The translations under genes were made by a program, and so were the position numbers. From Antedon mediterranea (lineage: Eukaryota; Animalia; Echinodermata), in assembly GCF_964355755.1 (NCBI RefSeq), contig NC_092675.1, forward strand, positions 29,546,912 to 29,610,911: a stretch of DNA of 64,000 nucleotides. Reading direction: 5' to 3'. Positions 25,585 to 39,381 of this stretch are shown one piece after another (position 1 is the first letter of the stretch; each line of letters opens with the position of its first letter). The notes under the pieces were generated by a model. The model was not told where the DNA came from. It ran no database searches and saw only the letters and a list, made by a program, of their open reading frames with translations.

Positions 25585-27184
25585 AGGGGGGTTCCGGGTT
25601 TAAAATGAATAGTAAAAAATGTAAAATATATTTGTTTGTCTCTTGAACGGTAAAAGTTTCAATTTATATAAGCGCCCAGTGAAGCAGAACGAAGGCTGTG
25701 AAATGAGGCCAGATTGCAAGTGCAGCTACGGCGATATGACACTGTGTTTACAGAATAGGAAATTCGTGAAATGGTCAATGTTCCGACGACTCGTTATCAT
25801 TAACCATATTAATTACTTTTGTGAAATTATACTTATCTAATGTAATTTTAGTCGGTCTTCCCATTTATAAAGTCAATTTTCTATGAAAATTCATCAAAAC
25901 AGTGAAAAATTAGATATGTTTGCACTTTACGTTTGCCGATTTTCGCACTGACTTAGGGAAAGCCTTCAAAATCAATGAAGCGTAACGTATGCATTCCTGC
26001 TGAGCGAGGAGAGCGAAACGACGATACACGTGCTCTACCTGCCCATGCCTGGCATGTCACGTGATAAGCAGATACAGTATAAAATACCAAACTGGTCGGG
26101 TCGAGTATACCCCGTCTATAATCACAACATGAACGATGTACAGTATTTGGTTGAAGGTCGACTCGACCTACCGGAATGGTATAGATAATATAGCTCGAAT
26201 GAGAGAGTTGGAATATTTGTAAACATAAGTATATTGCTAATTTTAACAAGCCTATAATACTTTATTAAAAGGCCTGGTAGTATCAATTCGCTTAGAGTCT
26301 ACTACACTAGCTAGCTCAATTTTTAACTGGGCCGAATCGGCTAGGTCTCCTTCCTACTACCTGGTCTACTTGCTTGATGCAGTATCTGCTTTTTTGGAGA
26401 GTAAACTAGGCCTAGGCCTACTTTTAGACGATCGGGACACCATACGTGCGGACGGCGATCGTACCTTTTTTGCCTCAATATTTACAGCCGATTTTGTAGA
26501 ATGTTTTAGGTTTAGATTGTTTAGGAGTTTGGTTGATAGGATAGGTTTGGAATCCACCGAGTTTTATTATTATGGGCCAATCGTTTAGTAGGCTAGCTAG
26601 GCCCATGATGGGCCCCAATGTTTTAACGTAGCCATCGTGGCATGGAATCCCTAGTCAGAATGGCTCTCACCCATGAAAACAAATGATTTAGGCTAGGCCT
26701 AGCCTAGTACGTGAAGCCGATAATACGATCTGTACTATTCGAGGTATAAAAATAGTATATAATTTAAGACTCCGTAATCTTTACTAAATGTTGTATTTAT
26801 GTCAAATAAATATATGCTACTACTGTTATTATTACACTTTAGGCCTAGCTTAGAAAATCTACAAAAAATGTATTTCACAATGATCGGGTGGTTGTCGTTT
26901 GACAGGGGAGAGAGATTTGAAGTTAACAAACACAACGTACATGACGTCGCGAGTTTGGAATCCACTGATGACGTGATTTTGTGAATATCTCATGAATATT
27001 AATGAGCTTCCCTAAGCTGCTGAAAAACAGACTTTCCATGAATTTACCCTAAAATGTATATGAAATTAATTTTTTTTAATTTCTCGTTATTACTTCTTCA
27101 TTCTGACATGTCTATATTGTTATGATATTTTTTATTTAATAAATAAACGATATTTAAAAGCAATTTTAAACCCAGAATCCCTCT
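25585..27184. mobile_element. Non-autonomous TTAA-targeting DNA transposon (Kolobok-like), 1.6 kb
   Basis: TTAA on both sides; 22-bp imperfect TIRs AGGGGGGTTCCGGGTTTAAAAT / ATTTTAAACCCAGAATCCCTCT; CpG-rich interior contrasting with the flanks. Confidence 0.8.
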
Positions 27185-27476
27185 TTAAACTAGGACTAAA
27201 ATACCAGGTTACAGGAACTGATTATTTTGGAAAAGCATGTCCTACGATGTCATCTGGGAGACTTTTGAAATAGTTACTCCAGCATATGGCTCAGCATTTT
27301 GGCCACCTGTTCATTCCTAATTTTCTGTTTCTGTAGTAAAATTTCAATTTACTATATTAATAATAAATGGTACTTTTGTAGATCTATTAAATGTGAATGA
27401 GATATAGTATACAGTGGTATTTCAATAGGTCTTCTGGTGCACGTTTCTGGCAGTTATTATTCTATTCCTCCTTGCC

Positions 27477-27602
27477 TTTTGAAAATTATAGGTGTGCTAC
27501 AAATTGCACTCCTCAATACATTCAGGGGTGCTGTACTGTAGGTGTGCTGTTTGTATTTTGGTGTGTAGAAGTTTACCAAATTTAAGCGTGTTGTAAATCG
27601 CA
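27477..27602. repeat. Second copy of the 22370 dispersed repeat
   Basis: Direct alignment to 22370-22480 with small insertions. Confidence 0.75.
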
Positions 27603-29441
27603 TAAATAATAATTTCAGATATTTATAGGTAGCTCAAAAAAAATAGACAAGAGACAGAATACCTATGCAACAATTCTCTGTTCTGCCTCTTTATTTGCAA
27701 CTAAAAGTATACCTTTCTAGACCTGCCTGTGTAAGCTAAACAAAACTGGACAGCCTTATAAACCTTAAAGTTAATTAGGGTCTTCATGCTAGGAGGTCAA
27801 TTTGCACGTTTAACGATTTATGTTCTAAGTACACAGCTTTTGGTCCTGTATCGTACATACAGTAAAATGGTATGTCCTACTGTACTAATTCATAATCACC
27901 ACCATAAATTGTACACAGTCGTCTAGAACAATGTTATCTGTATCTGGGTACACTAATCCCCAATCTTAAATGCCCCTGTGAAGCCCCCTATTCAACCCCT
28001 ATTCTCAATCAGTTGTCTTCAATGCTATCTTTTTAGGTCAGTTTTAAGTTAACACTTGTATTATTGACTTTAGATTATAGATATGATTTATTGTTAACAC
28101 AATACAACAGGTAGTCCATGCCATGCCAAGGGCTATATGAAGAAAAAGTATTTACTAAACTATTTCTGTAAAGCGCATTACGTTTGAAACAAGCGTTGTG
28201 AAGACCAGAAGCTACTACAGTGGTTTCAGAAGGGAGTTAACCCATAGTACACTTTACTAGTATCACCACCTTAGTTACAGCAGGAAAATTAAAAGAACAT
28301 TTGTAGTTTAGTAATTTGGCTTTTAGTAGTCCTAGTTTATAGCAGGAATAAAAGGGGTGTTTTGAAACTACTAGTACTACTAGGGACCTGAGACCTAATA
28401 GTTACAAAAAAGGCAGACCCTGTGTAAGAATAAAGAGACCTCACCATACTCTATACGGAGGGTCACTATTCACAGATTATTTTCTTTCGTTTACATTTTT
28501 AGTTTATAGCCTACAATACGAATACGAATTCAATTCAATTTTAAACATCCCACATTTTAAAGTTTACTAACCTTTATTATTTAATGTTATACATACAGTA
28601 CAGTATGTATACTATTAACATATTGTTTACATACTGTATTAATTAACTCTTTCAAAGAAAAAATAATTTATTTATTATTAGCTTTAATTAAAGCCTGAGT
28701 CATGTTGATAATTGCTAGGCTATGGATTATTTAATGAGGATTACTGCAGTAAATTGATTGATGTTTATTATTAGTAATAATTAGTCATAGGTCACCACTA
28801 CCATATTCAGTTAATTCTACCAGAGAAGAGTGTGATTATTATACCATTCATCATGGCTTAGATTCCCCATGGGATGGCGGCCATCTTCTCTTCACTTCCA
28901 AATGAGGCTTGGTGCAATAATATCGATAATGAGTCAGGTTTAGAATATGCAGAGTGTTGTGTGAAATTATTTTACAACTCCCTGGAATATGTTTCTATTA
29001 TATTGAATAATTAATAAACTGCTCTTTTAACAATACTTTCTTGATAAATGTTAAGTACACGTGTATGTATGTAAGCTGAAATCTAATAAAAAATAATATT
29101 TTCTCCCATAAAAACATCATCGAACCAACAAATAAGATTTGTTTTGCATGTTAAAGCAATAGCCTCTATGTGACCAGAATGTGAAAAAGGTGGAGAATTA
29201 ACGAACATGAAATTTGGCAGTTTGCAAAGAAATTGATCTGAAAAAACACATTTTGCGCACAAATTTGCTAATATGACTAAATTGATAAAGAAGAATTAAA
29301 AAAGGACGGCGCTAGTACTGTAGTAGTAGTGTCTTTAGGAGGAGATACAGTAGTAACACATTTTCTATTAAATATAGATTGTATTATGATGATGATAATC
29401 AAGATTTTAACATTACAATTATCCTTATTATCTGTTCACAG

Positions 29442-29492
29442 ATTTCTTTCTTACTAAACTATCTAAAGATAATGAAACTTCAAGGAAAGATG
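29442..29492 (+). other. Candidate 51-nt exon of an unidentified host gene
   Basis: Acceptor ttattatctgttcacag and donor ATG|gtaagt. Length divisible by 3 with an open frame (xFFLTKLSKDNETSRKD), or ATG-initiated MKLQGKM. Confidence 0.35.
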
Positions 29493-29589
29493 GTAAGTAC
29501 TGTAGTGTATTACATGGAATGAAATTCATGCTATACCTGGATGATCATTTGAGCAGGGAGTTGCTTCAGTTGATTACTGTGTAATCTTA

Positions 29590-29772
29590 GGCCAATTTAC
29601 ACAGACGAGCGGTAACAGTAATAAAAATATAGAATCTATGTTATTCCATATGACTGTTTACAAAGCGTGGAGTCGACGGGCGGTTTCCACTGAGAATAGA
29701 TACAGATTTTACATGGGACAAGCTACGCGGTTTTCCGCTTACTGTTATCACTCGTATGTGTAAAATTGACCC
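29590..29772. mobile_element. Harbinger-like MITE (family C)
   Basis: GGCCAATTTACACAGACGAG / CTCGTATGTGTAAAATTGACCC with TTA on both sides; inverted paralog at 50168. Confidence 0.8.
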
Positions 29773-30844
29773 TTAGATGAGTATACCACAGTCCTTCTAA
29801 AGTAAACATTTTAAGTAGAATGTATTAACATTGTTTAACACCCAATTGTTATAAACACTTAACATTTACAAGCAATATAGCTTAAGGAATGAACAAACAA
29901 ATTAAACAAAGTACTGTAAATACAGTACACATACTGTAGTAATAACCTGTACAAGGCTACCAATACATTCCAAGTGATGTTTACTTTTTAGATCTTTTTG
30001 GTCATTGCTTTTTAATAAGAACAAGCAGTAAAATAAAAGTGAATAAAATGGTGTTAATGATTTAGGGTCATTGACCTGAACAAAAGCAACTCAATTCCAA
30101 CCATTATTGACCATTAGGAAATGCTATGTCAATGACCAAATGGACATGCAACTGTCCACATCACCATCAACAAAGGTTGAAAATCAAAACCGAAAGACAC
30201 TACTTGGATGAAGAATAAATGAAAGAACAAAGAAATATTTTTTTGTTTTTAATGACTAATTACATCCCTATTTCTTTCTAAGAATTGTTATTTATGAAAC
30301 GATTAATTTATTTGACATAATGGAATTAATAAAAGCAACAAAAACACCAAAACACATTTATTTTTATATAAATAAAATAATTGTTCTTTTTAAAAATGTA
30401 CAATAATTGAAAACTGGTAAAAATGAAGGTGATGATACCACCTTGATTGGAACCATGAAGTTGACCTAACAAGGTCACTAAACATTTGAAGAACATTCAG
30501 TACAGGGTCAAATGTCAAATTACCTAATGAACTATGTGTATAAATATTTTGATGTTTATTAATAAGGCTAAATGGTTGAACTATTGACAATATTAAACTC
30601 TTGACAAACCCTTACACAGGGTACAAATGCACTTTTATTATACTGTAATATACTGTGTCATACTGTACAAATGCACTTTTATTATACTGTACTATACTGT
30701 GTCATACTGTAGGTCCTATTTCAAACAGTCTCAATTGTACTATTATTGTGAACAATATTAAAGAATTTGTTTTGGTATGAATCAATGTGTTAACTCAATA
30801 TAAATAAATTCCTAAATGTTATTGATTAGCAAAGATGACAAATA

Positions 30845-31583
30845 GGCCCTGTTTCTGCTGCCAACTAAATACCGTATATTATACGGTATTTTTTGAATAC
30901 CGTATATATACGGTATATTTTTGGCAGCAGAAACTGCGCTCATAAAAAATATACCGTATTTTGTATACCGTATTTTCCCCACAAAATTTGTGGATAAAAT
31001 ACGGTATTTACAAATTTATACCGTATTTTTTGTACCCGTTTCTGCTGCCAATAAAAAATACCGTATTTTTTTTTTACATGACAAAAGGTCAGCATTCGTG
31101 TTTTTATTTTCTGTCGCTGTCAGCTGCTTTACACACGTGTATAGATATATTCGGCGAAAATGTGGAGCGAAGACGTCACAGTTTTACTAAATAAATGTGT
31201 GTGGGAAAGCTAAAATGTCTGGCCAACTAATAAAAGGGACAACCACATTTATAAAGACATTTTAAAAAAAATAAAGCAGGAGTATGGAATAGACTAAGCA
31301 AGTAAACTCAAAGCTGAAGAGCCTGCGAAAGCAGTGCAACATTGCAAAATACAATAACTCGGGGAGGGAACGAATTAATTGTCCCCATTACGATGTTTTC
31401 TGTGCTCTCACAACATCTCTATCACTAGGGCTAGGCTGGGTAAATGGGCAATGGGTAAAAAAATTAAATTTAACACGACCACCCAAGAAGTATTGTTAGC
31501 AGAAACGGGGTACTAAAAAATACGGTATATTTTATACCGTATTTTTATACCGTATTTTGAGCAGTTGCAGCAGAAACAGGCCC
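30845..31583. mobile_element. Non-autonomous PIF/Harbinger-superfamily element with Myb/SANT remnant
   Basis: TIRs GGCCCTGTTTCTGCTGC / GCAGCAGAAACAGGCCC with ATA on both sides; many subterminal ATACCGTAT/ATACGGTAT motifs. 31296-31400 translates KQVNSKLKSLRKQCNIAKYNNSGRERINCPHYDVF (trihelix Myb/SANT-like). Confidence 0.78.
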
Positions 31584-32191
31584 ATATTGACACACTTCTA
31601 TAGTAACAGTCCTGATAATCATTCACATTTCGAAACCATAGGTATTTCGTTTTGTAAATTATAAATGAGACCTACTTAGTATTGTCTTTAATCTGTGCGG
31701 GTCACTTGATCTAAAGTATTTAAGTTTTGTTAAATTATTAATGATTTTTGTTTTGTCTTGATATCTTATGCAAGGAGGTCAAGCAGTGGAATGCAATCTG
31801 GATGCAGATGATCAATACTTATCGTACCTAATTGACTCGTCATTGACTGCTAGCTTAATCAATATCAACTTTAAGTTAAGCTTTGCCAATTGACAATGAA
31901 TACAGTAGTCATGAGGCCAGTGCATTCACACTGTACAAGTATTAATGATGGGTTTGTCCCACTTTTCTTCAAACGTTTTATTTATAAACGTTGTGTATAA
32001 TAGTAGACTATAAACAGTATTACACTGTGTGTGTGATGTACATCAATTTAATATTTCAATTTTCCTACAATTATTTTGCAAAACTACTTAAAAACTTTAT
32101 ATCATAGTTACTTTTCTTTTATACAATTGAGCAAGTATAAGAAACAATTTATACTTTTCCAATAAATCAAGACACATTTTGTTATGGTTAA

Positions 32192-32485
32192 AGCTTTTTG
32201 GGAAAAAAGTGTGATGTGCTTAAATATGGTAGTGATATGCCCAAATATGGTAGTGATATGCTTAAATATGGTAGTGATATGCCCAAATATGATAGTGATA
32301 TGCTTAAATATGGTAGTTATATGCCCAAATATGGTAGTGATATGCTTAAATATGGTAGTGATATGCCCAAATATGATAGTGATATGCTTAAATATGGTAG
32401 TTATATGCCCAAATATGGTAGTGATAAGGTATCATCATGTCCATATATGGGCATATTTTGTTGTTGTCGCATAATAGACAAGGCT
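32192..32485. mobile_element. Harbinger-like MITE family A with expanded internal 21-bp array (~10 units)
   Basis: ATATGGTAGTGATATG(CCC/CTT)AA repeats at 32224-32427, followed by CATCATGTCCATATATGGGCA; TIRs eroded. Confidence 0.8.
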
Positions 32486-33387
32486 TTAGTCTTACATTTG
32501 ATCAATAAATATTTCATAACATTTATTTCCGAAAGCCAAAAATTCATTTGCTACAATTTCCGTAGTAATTTATCACAAATAACATGTTTGCGAGGAGGTC
32601 AATATTCCCATTCTCAGACTACGTTGAACCTACAGTACGACAATGTCTTTAATCAAATCATCTAATCTACAGTATCTCAAAAAAAGGTGAAATCTTCGCA
32701 TAAAGACATTATGCAAAATAGATCTTGTATTGTTATGACCAAATACGGAATTGTGATCCACTAACAGCTGCAAAGCAACCAATCAGCTTAAAGACGCTGA
32801 AAATACTCCTAATGTTATGCCGTGCATGTTCAGCCAAGCGTAACGAATATCTCATTTCTTATAATACACTTGGCTCGCCGATTGTTGTTGTATACTCACC
32901 GTTTATAATTACATCTTTTGATATAAATATTCGTTTTATAAAAGTAATTCTGTATATTTGTTTGTATTTATAAACATTTATTAGATGATCAATATTTTAT
33001 TCTGACAGCCCTTCCTTTGCACAAATTTTGTTTTTAAAGATTCTTTCAAATATATATTATTATTCTATTTTGTACCAATACCTGGATAATGATTTATTAC
33101 CTGGTTTATCCATTACAGCACCATCAAGTTTTTCAGGTTGATTTTTACCCCTTTTTTATTAGGATCCCTAACTTTAACAATACACTAGTTAATGTTAGTT
33201 ACACAGTAGAGCTGTTATTATTATTACTGTATTAGAGTAATGATAGCGGTTTTTACAGAGGCCATAGCACTGTACAAAAATAGAAGCCTTATATACAATA
33301 ATTTACAAATCAAAAATAAATTTACACACACAAAATTCACAAAAGATGCGTGATTTTTACATGAATTAAATCTACAGGATCCTGAGT

Positions 33388-33388
<1 letters not shown>

Positions 33389-33425
<37 letters not shown>

Positions 33426-33464
33426 AACAATAATAATAATAATAATAATAACAATAATAATAAT
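33389..33464. repeat. (AAT)n microsatellite, possibly a retroposon tail
   Basis: About 25 AAT/AAC units. Confidence 0.9.
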
Positions 33465-36400
33465 ATTTATTCGGTCATCAATGTAAAAAATAACCAGGAA
33501 TGAGAATAGGCTAAAGCCCCAACAGATTCTGCACTCACTCCATACACTATTTCATTTGTTGATATTATTATTATGAATCATAATTAATCAAGCAAATATT
33601 TCCAACAATTGTCAAAATATACTTAAAGAAAACCGTGTAGATTTACAGTAGAGTGGTTACAGTTAAATCATGCATAAAATGTTTCCTACGTCACAAATGT
33701 CGTCAGAGTTTTAAGTTCTCAACTTGCTGTAATTTAAGTACACAATTTATGTGAAAAATTTGATGCCGGATAATGTTTAAACTTCATTTGAAATACATTT
33801 TCCGTTGTTTATTTATTGTATTTTCTCAATTGTAAAGGAAATGGCAATCCAAATAGGAACCAGTACATTCTAATATTTTTTTTGTTGAAATATTTTATGT
33901 TTTGCAACCCATTATACCATGAATGCATTTTCTCTTTTCAATAATTAATTCATTTTCTTTAATTGCTTTAACATTACTTCCATTTCATTTATCCACCTGT
34001 AATATAATTAAAAACTCCACATATTTATTACAGAGGAATCTTGTAGAACAAGGGAAACTCCCATCTATTGCAACATACATATATAATGTATACCTGAAAG
34101 CTATTTCCAAACAAAATTATTTTATTATACCATCATTATCAAATTTGTTTGTAACTTTACAATTTGAATAAATATTTGTTTTAAAATAAAGGTACTTATC
34201 ACTTCTTTTGATAAGTTTTAGATGTTTCATGACATTTCAAAAGCTTGTCATTATAAACATATGTCTTGATGGAACAATTATTATATATAAAATTCTAAAT
34301 AGTCTCTGCCAAACTACAGTGAGTGGTTGAATATTAGTAGGTTTATTGATTCAATTCAATTAATTTCTGGTTTATTAAAAATATAAGTGGCATTGTTGCA
34401 GAATATTAATCTGAATTGCGCCAAATTTATTATATTATTCCGTAACAAAAAGTGTGAAACCAGCTAAAATTTATGATGTTACAATGCTTCAACTTGAGGG
34501 TGTGATTCACCAACTTTAGCATTTATTGATAGAGGGTGTTCAACATTCTAGTTTTCGTCTCTCTTTGACAAAAAAAGGTTGGGTTTTGTTTATTCAGATA
34601 AGCGTCAATAGTTCCTAGACAGACTACCACTGTTGATTTGTACTTTTCAACTTTCAAGCAACAAGATTTCTTGACAGACAGCATGCAATGTACACATTAA
34701 TACAAATGTAACACAGATTTAGCTTTAGATTAAATCTTATTATAATAAACTCTTGAGATTATCCGATTATTTAGTATTATACCAATATTAATTCATTATT
34801 TTTAAACTGCTTTGTTCATTGTTTAATGAACTTTTAATATGAAAAAAAAACATTGGTAGCATTTTTATTACAAAGCTGAATTGTTTACAGGCTTAATGGA
34901 TTATATTGGCAGGTTTTAACTATGATTAGTGTCTTTTGCAGAATCTATTTAATACAGTACTACTCTATCTGCACATACTGTTTGATTTTAGTATTTTTTA
35001 CACAATAATAATAATAATACTGCCTGCTGCTTAATCCAATATCCAATCAAAAGCAGTCAAGCGGCTAAATTCCATATATGGAATCGGTGACCTAACAAAG
35101 AGGCGGAGCTTTCCCATTTACTGCAAAGTGATTGGTTGTTTTCCAGGTCATTATACAGAATGAAATAAGTAGCTTGTGTGTGTATGCTGGATCAATAAAC
35201 TATTCAAGGCTAGGTTTTGTATGGGCAGGGTGGCTAAATACAACAACCACACATTGCTGTATTTTGTATTGAAGTGGTTACGTCTACCGCCCACACCCTC
35301 CTATTGGCAACTTAAGTACAGGCTATACTACCAGTCCTATAATTCAATGTTTACTGATAATTACTTAATAGCTACTAGGATTTTTACCATTTGAGGAATT
35401 TTGGATTTTTAACATTGTAAAAGGTAAGCAAAACTGGTAAATTGTTGATGGTTTATATAATATTGTTATTTTGATAAGAAAATTCACTGGTACTGTAGCC
35501 TATTATATTATACAGTATTAAACAGTAGTAGTAGTACTGCCTCCTGCCTCGAATGTGTCATGTTATCCAATGCTCCTGTATATTATTTTATCTAAGAAAA
35601 TGAAATCATGTATTGTCAGGATTTACCCACGGAATAATGTAATATCTTTTCTATTTTATTTAATTTTAATTAAAATAGATTAGTCCTGAGTTACAGTATA
35701 TATTACACAATCATTCTTATTATTAAAACACTATCATTAACACACATCAATACCAAAAGTAGTAATTAAATAATATTCTTAATAATAACAACATAAAAAT
35801 TAAAATGATTAATTTATTGATATTGGCGGCGTAATTAAATTAATAATCTGATAAGTTTGACCTAGTTAGCACTGTTGTCAGGTCAGATTTATTCAAAAGA
35901 TTGTGAAATGTTTATCACAGCATGGATCTTACAGTATTATCACAAGAAGTTTCTTTACTTAAACTACGAAGAACCGATATATAAAGATACATAGCATCAT
36001 TCTGAGCTGGTAATTTTTTTTTAATGGATTGATAAAACAATTCTTAAAATGATACAGTATAATCTGTCTAGCATTGTTTTTTTTCATCTCCTCGTTTAAA
36101 TACGTCAATACCAGCTTAATTTTGTTGCCATAACTAAAATCATTAATATTAACATGTGATGGATATATAACTCCACCCTACATAATGCTTTTTACTTCTA
36201 TTAAAAAATATCAGAGTGTCGTTACTGTATATACTGTACCAGCTCATCTCTATTATTATAGTCTAGTCATTTAATAGTAAATTAATAATGCAAATTATAA
36301 TTCTTTTGATTGTTTATTTCAGTTCAGCATAAATATGCACCATATAAACCTAACTGTATTATTAATTTAATCATAAATTGTATTAAACTATTATTATTTT

Positions 36401-36819
36401 GTTAAATATCATTAGTTGAGCTACTTTCCTATACTGAGTGTCTGTACCTGTATCCTGCAGGACCTTAATAAACTATGCCTATGCGCAGCTATATATTCAC
36501 AATGTTCTAGAATACTGTAAGAACCTGATACTTCTGTAGCTCACTATTTAGATAAAGACTAACATACCAGTATCCTGTATGTATTGATATGATGCAACTT
36601 GTTAACCTTGAGAAATTGCTTTAACACCCACATGTTGAATACTGTATTCAACAAAGCTATAGTGTTGCTCAAGGCCTATTGTACTACCATCCCATAGAGC
36701 TCAACAGTTGAGGTATCAATTTGATAACAACCGTTTAAATGTATTTATGATAACATTATACTGTTTATTTGGATACTAACTATATACTGTACTATAATAT
36801 GATATGAGAATATGCATCA

Positions 36820-37115
36820 AATGGAATAGTTTAAATGCTATAAACTCAAATGCAATTACAGCTCCTAATATACATATATTTAAAAAAATGATAAATGACC
36901 AAAGATAAAATATACTTGAAACTCTATATTTTTTCATGAAATCTTTTTTTTTTTTTTTTTTTTTTTGTTGTTGTTGTTTTTGTACTGTAATTGATAACTT
37001 GTGTAATAGTATAAATAGTTTTGTAGTAAGTAACGGCCTTGTGAAAAACACCAATATGGTGATTCAAGTGTTGCATCCGTTTTTAAATAAAGTTGTTATT
37101 ATTATTATTATTATA
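36820..37115 (+). mobile_element. 3' fragment of the same CR1/L2-group LINE as 12137-12430
   Basis: Reverse complement of 12137-12427, differing mainly in the internal T/(TTG)n run; AATAAA plus (TTA)n tail. Confidence 0.85.
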
Positions 37116-37140
37116 TAAAGTCAATTGTACTCCATTTAAT

Positions 37141-37570
37141 GGGTATTGCTAAACACCGCAAACCTCCAAAAAAACATAGCAAACCCCATCGAACCAACAT
37201 AAAAGTGATTGAATCATGTAGTGTACAACCCACTGGGTATATCCATGTAAAAAAAATATTACATTTTTACTGTTAACTAATTATTTTAGAGGTAAAACCT
37301 AACTTTTTGGTCAAAAATAATTGCTAAACCCCGCAAACCTCCAAAAAAATATAGCAAACCCCACCGAACCAACATAAAAGTGATTGAATCATGTAGTGTA
37401 CGACCCACTGGGTATATCAATGTAAAAAAATATTAAATTTCTACTGTTAACAACTTATTTTTGGGGTAAAACATCATTTTTTGGTAAAAAAATGATTGCT
37501 AATTTTTAACCAAAAAATGATGTTTTATCCCAAAAAAAGTAGTTAACAGTAGAAATTTAATAATTTATAT
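37141..37570. mobile_element. Foldback MITE family D, truncated copy
   Basis: GGGTATTGCTAAACACCGCAAACCTCC terminus and two ~180-bp modules; the other end is missing. Confidence 0.8.
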
Positions 37571-38675
37571 AAAGCCTAAAGTCTATATTCATTGCATTAT
37601 TATTACAATTTACATTACAAACCATTTACAATCATTCTGTAACACCTGATTCAAAGTAGAGATCTTGAATGAAGGTACAAAATAACTGATATACCTTTTT
37701 AAGACGCAATCTATTTTACTACTGAACATTAAAGAGTAATGCAACATACAGTTACACTTAGTGCTGGCAATGTTCTTCCATACTAATTCTGTACATTAAC
37801 ATGGCCGGCTAAGTTCAACAAGAGGCCATTACTCATCATGTGAATACATGCTATCTAATTTTTACAGCTATTATTAGTATCTGACCTAGAAGCAAGACAC
37901 CCTTTACACGTACCTAGATGGCTCTCTACCTTATTTGCATAAACACATGTAATTAGCAGATTACGAGGTTTTTGATGCTCGAAAACATTTCATATTGCAT
38001 TATCTGGCATAAGCTGTACAGTACATACATGATTGGAATCTTTTATCTCATTGCTCACCATACATTGCAAATGATATTACTCATCTGTATACTGTACATT
38101 GTCATTAGTACAAAATGTGTTTTTGCAATATAATTATCATTGAACATTTTCGCTAGTTGAGTGTACTAGCAAAATGAGCTACCTATTTATAATCACCTTA
38201 TTATTCATATCCTCTTTCATGATATTACTGTAATTTGGAGTTTGACTATAATACCTGTATTGGAATTGATTATTAAAACCTAATTTGTTTTAGTGAAAAA
38301 TTATTCCATACTGCATGTAGATTCGGCCATGATTCTGTTGTGTTTTGTTTATAATTTAGTAGGACCATGTGCCTAATTTCACTTTAAAAAAGTGTTTCTT
38401 CAGATTTCCCCCCCTTTATTTTTGAGGATCTAGTTCCTCATATAACTTCCTCCTCTAAATTATTAGGAAATGGTTTACAAATAAAACAATAAATATGTAA
38501 CTGTATAAACTACCCAGGGAAGTAATAAAATGAATTTCAAGAAATGTTTTTGTAACCTCCTGACCATTAGATGTTAAAATAGAACAAGTTACATTAATGT
38601 AACATAAATTACATTGAGGGCAATGTGTTATATGAAATGGATTAGTACTGTAGGCTTTTGTTGATTTATTGTTTT

Positions 38676-38870
38676 ACAGTAAATACTGTACATTATTGTC
38701 TTACTGTACTGTATATACTGTACATTATTGTCTTACTGTACAGTAAATACTGTACATTATTGTCTTACTGTACAGTAAATACTGTACATTATTGTCTTAC
38801 TGTACAGTAAATACTGTACATTATTGTCTTACTGTACAGTAAATACTGTACATTATTGTCTTACTGTACA
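38676..38870. repeat. Minisatellite, ~6 x 32 bp; one more unit follows the MITE at ~39390
   Basis: TACAGTAAATACTGTACATTATTGTCTTACTG repeated. Confidence 0.92.
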
Positions 38871-38878
38871 GTAAGTAC

Positions 38879-39381
38879 GGGTATTGCTAAACCCCGCAAA
38901 CCTCCAAAAAACCCTAGCAAACCCCACCGAACCAACATAAAAGTGATTGAATCATGAAGTGTACAACCCACTGGGTATATCCATGTAAAAAAAAAATTAT
39001 ATTTCTACTGTTAACTACTTATTTTTGGGGTAAAAAATGATTGCTAATTTTTAACAAAAAAATGATGTTTTATCCCCAAAAAAGTAGTTAACAGTAGAAA
39101 TTTAATAATTAATATACCCAGTGGGTTGTACACTTACTACATTATTCAATCACTTTTATGTTGGTTCGGTGGGGTTTGCTATGGTTTTTTGGAGGTTTGC
39201 GGGGTTTAGCAATCATTTTTGACCAAAAAATGATGTTTTACCCCAAAAATAAGTAGAAATTTAATTTTTTTATATATTGTTATACCCAGTGGGTTGTACA
39301 CTACATGATTCAATCACTTTTATGTTGGTTCAGTGGGGTTTGCTATGTTTTTTTGGAGGTTTGCGGTGTTTAGCAATACCC
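38879..39381. mobile_element. Foldback MITE family D (Merlin- or MULE-like), complete
   Basis: GGGTATTGCTAAAC...GTTTAGCAATACCC; 8-bp TSD GTAAGTAC (38871-38878 and 39382-39389); modules oriented +,-,-. Confidence 0.9.

Noticed and set aside
32184-32665. ORFs with KYGSDM / MVVIC repeats (also 5280, 15643, 61645)
   Set aside because: Translations of the MITE internal 21-bp repeat.
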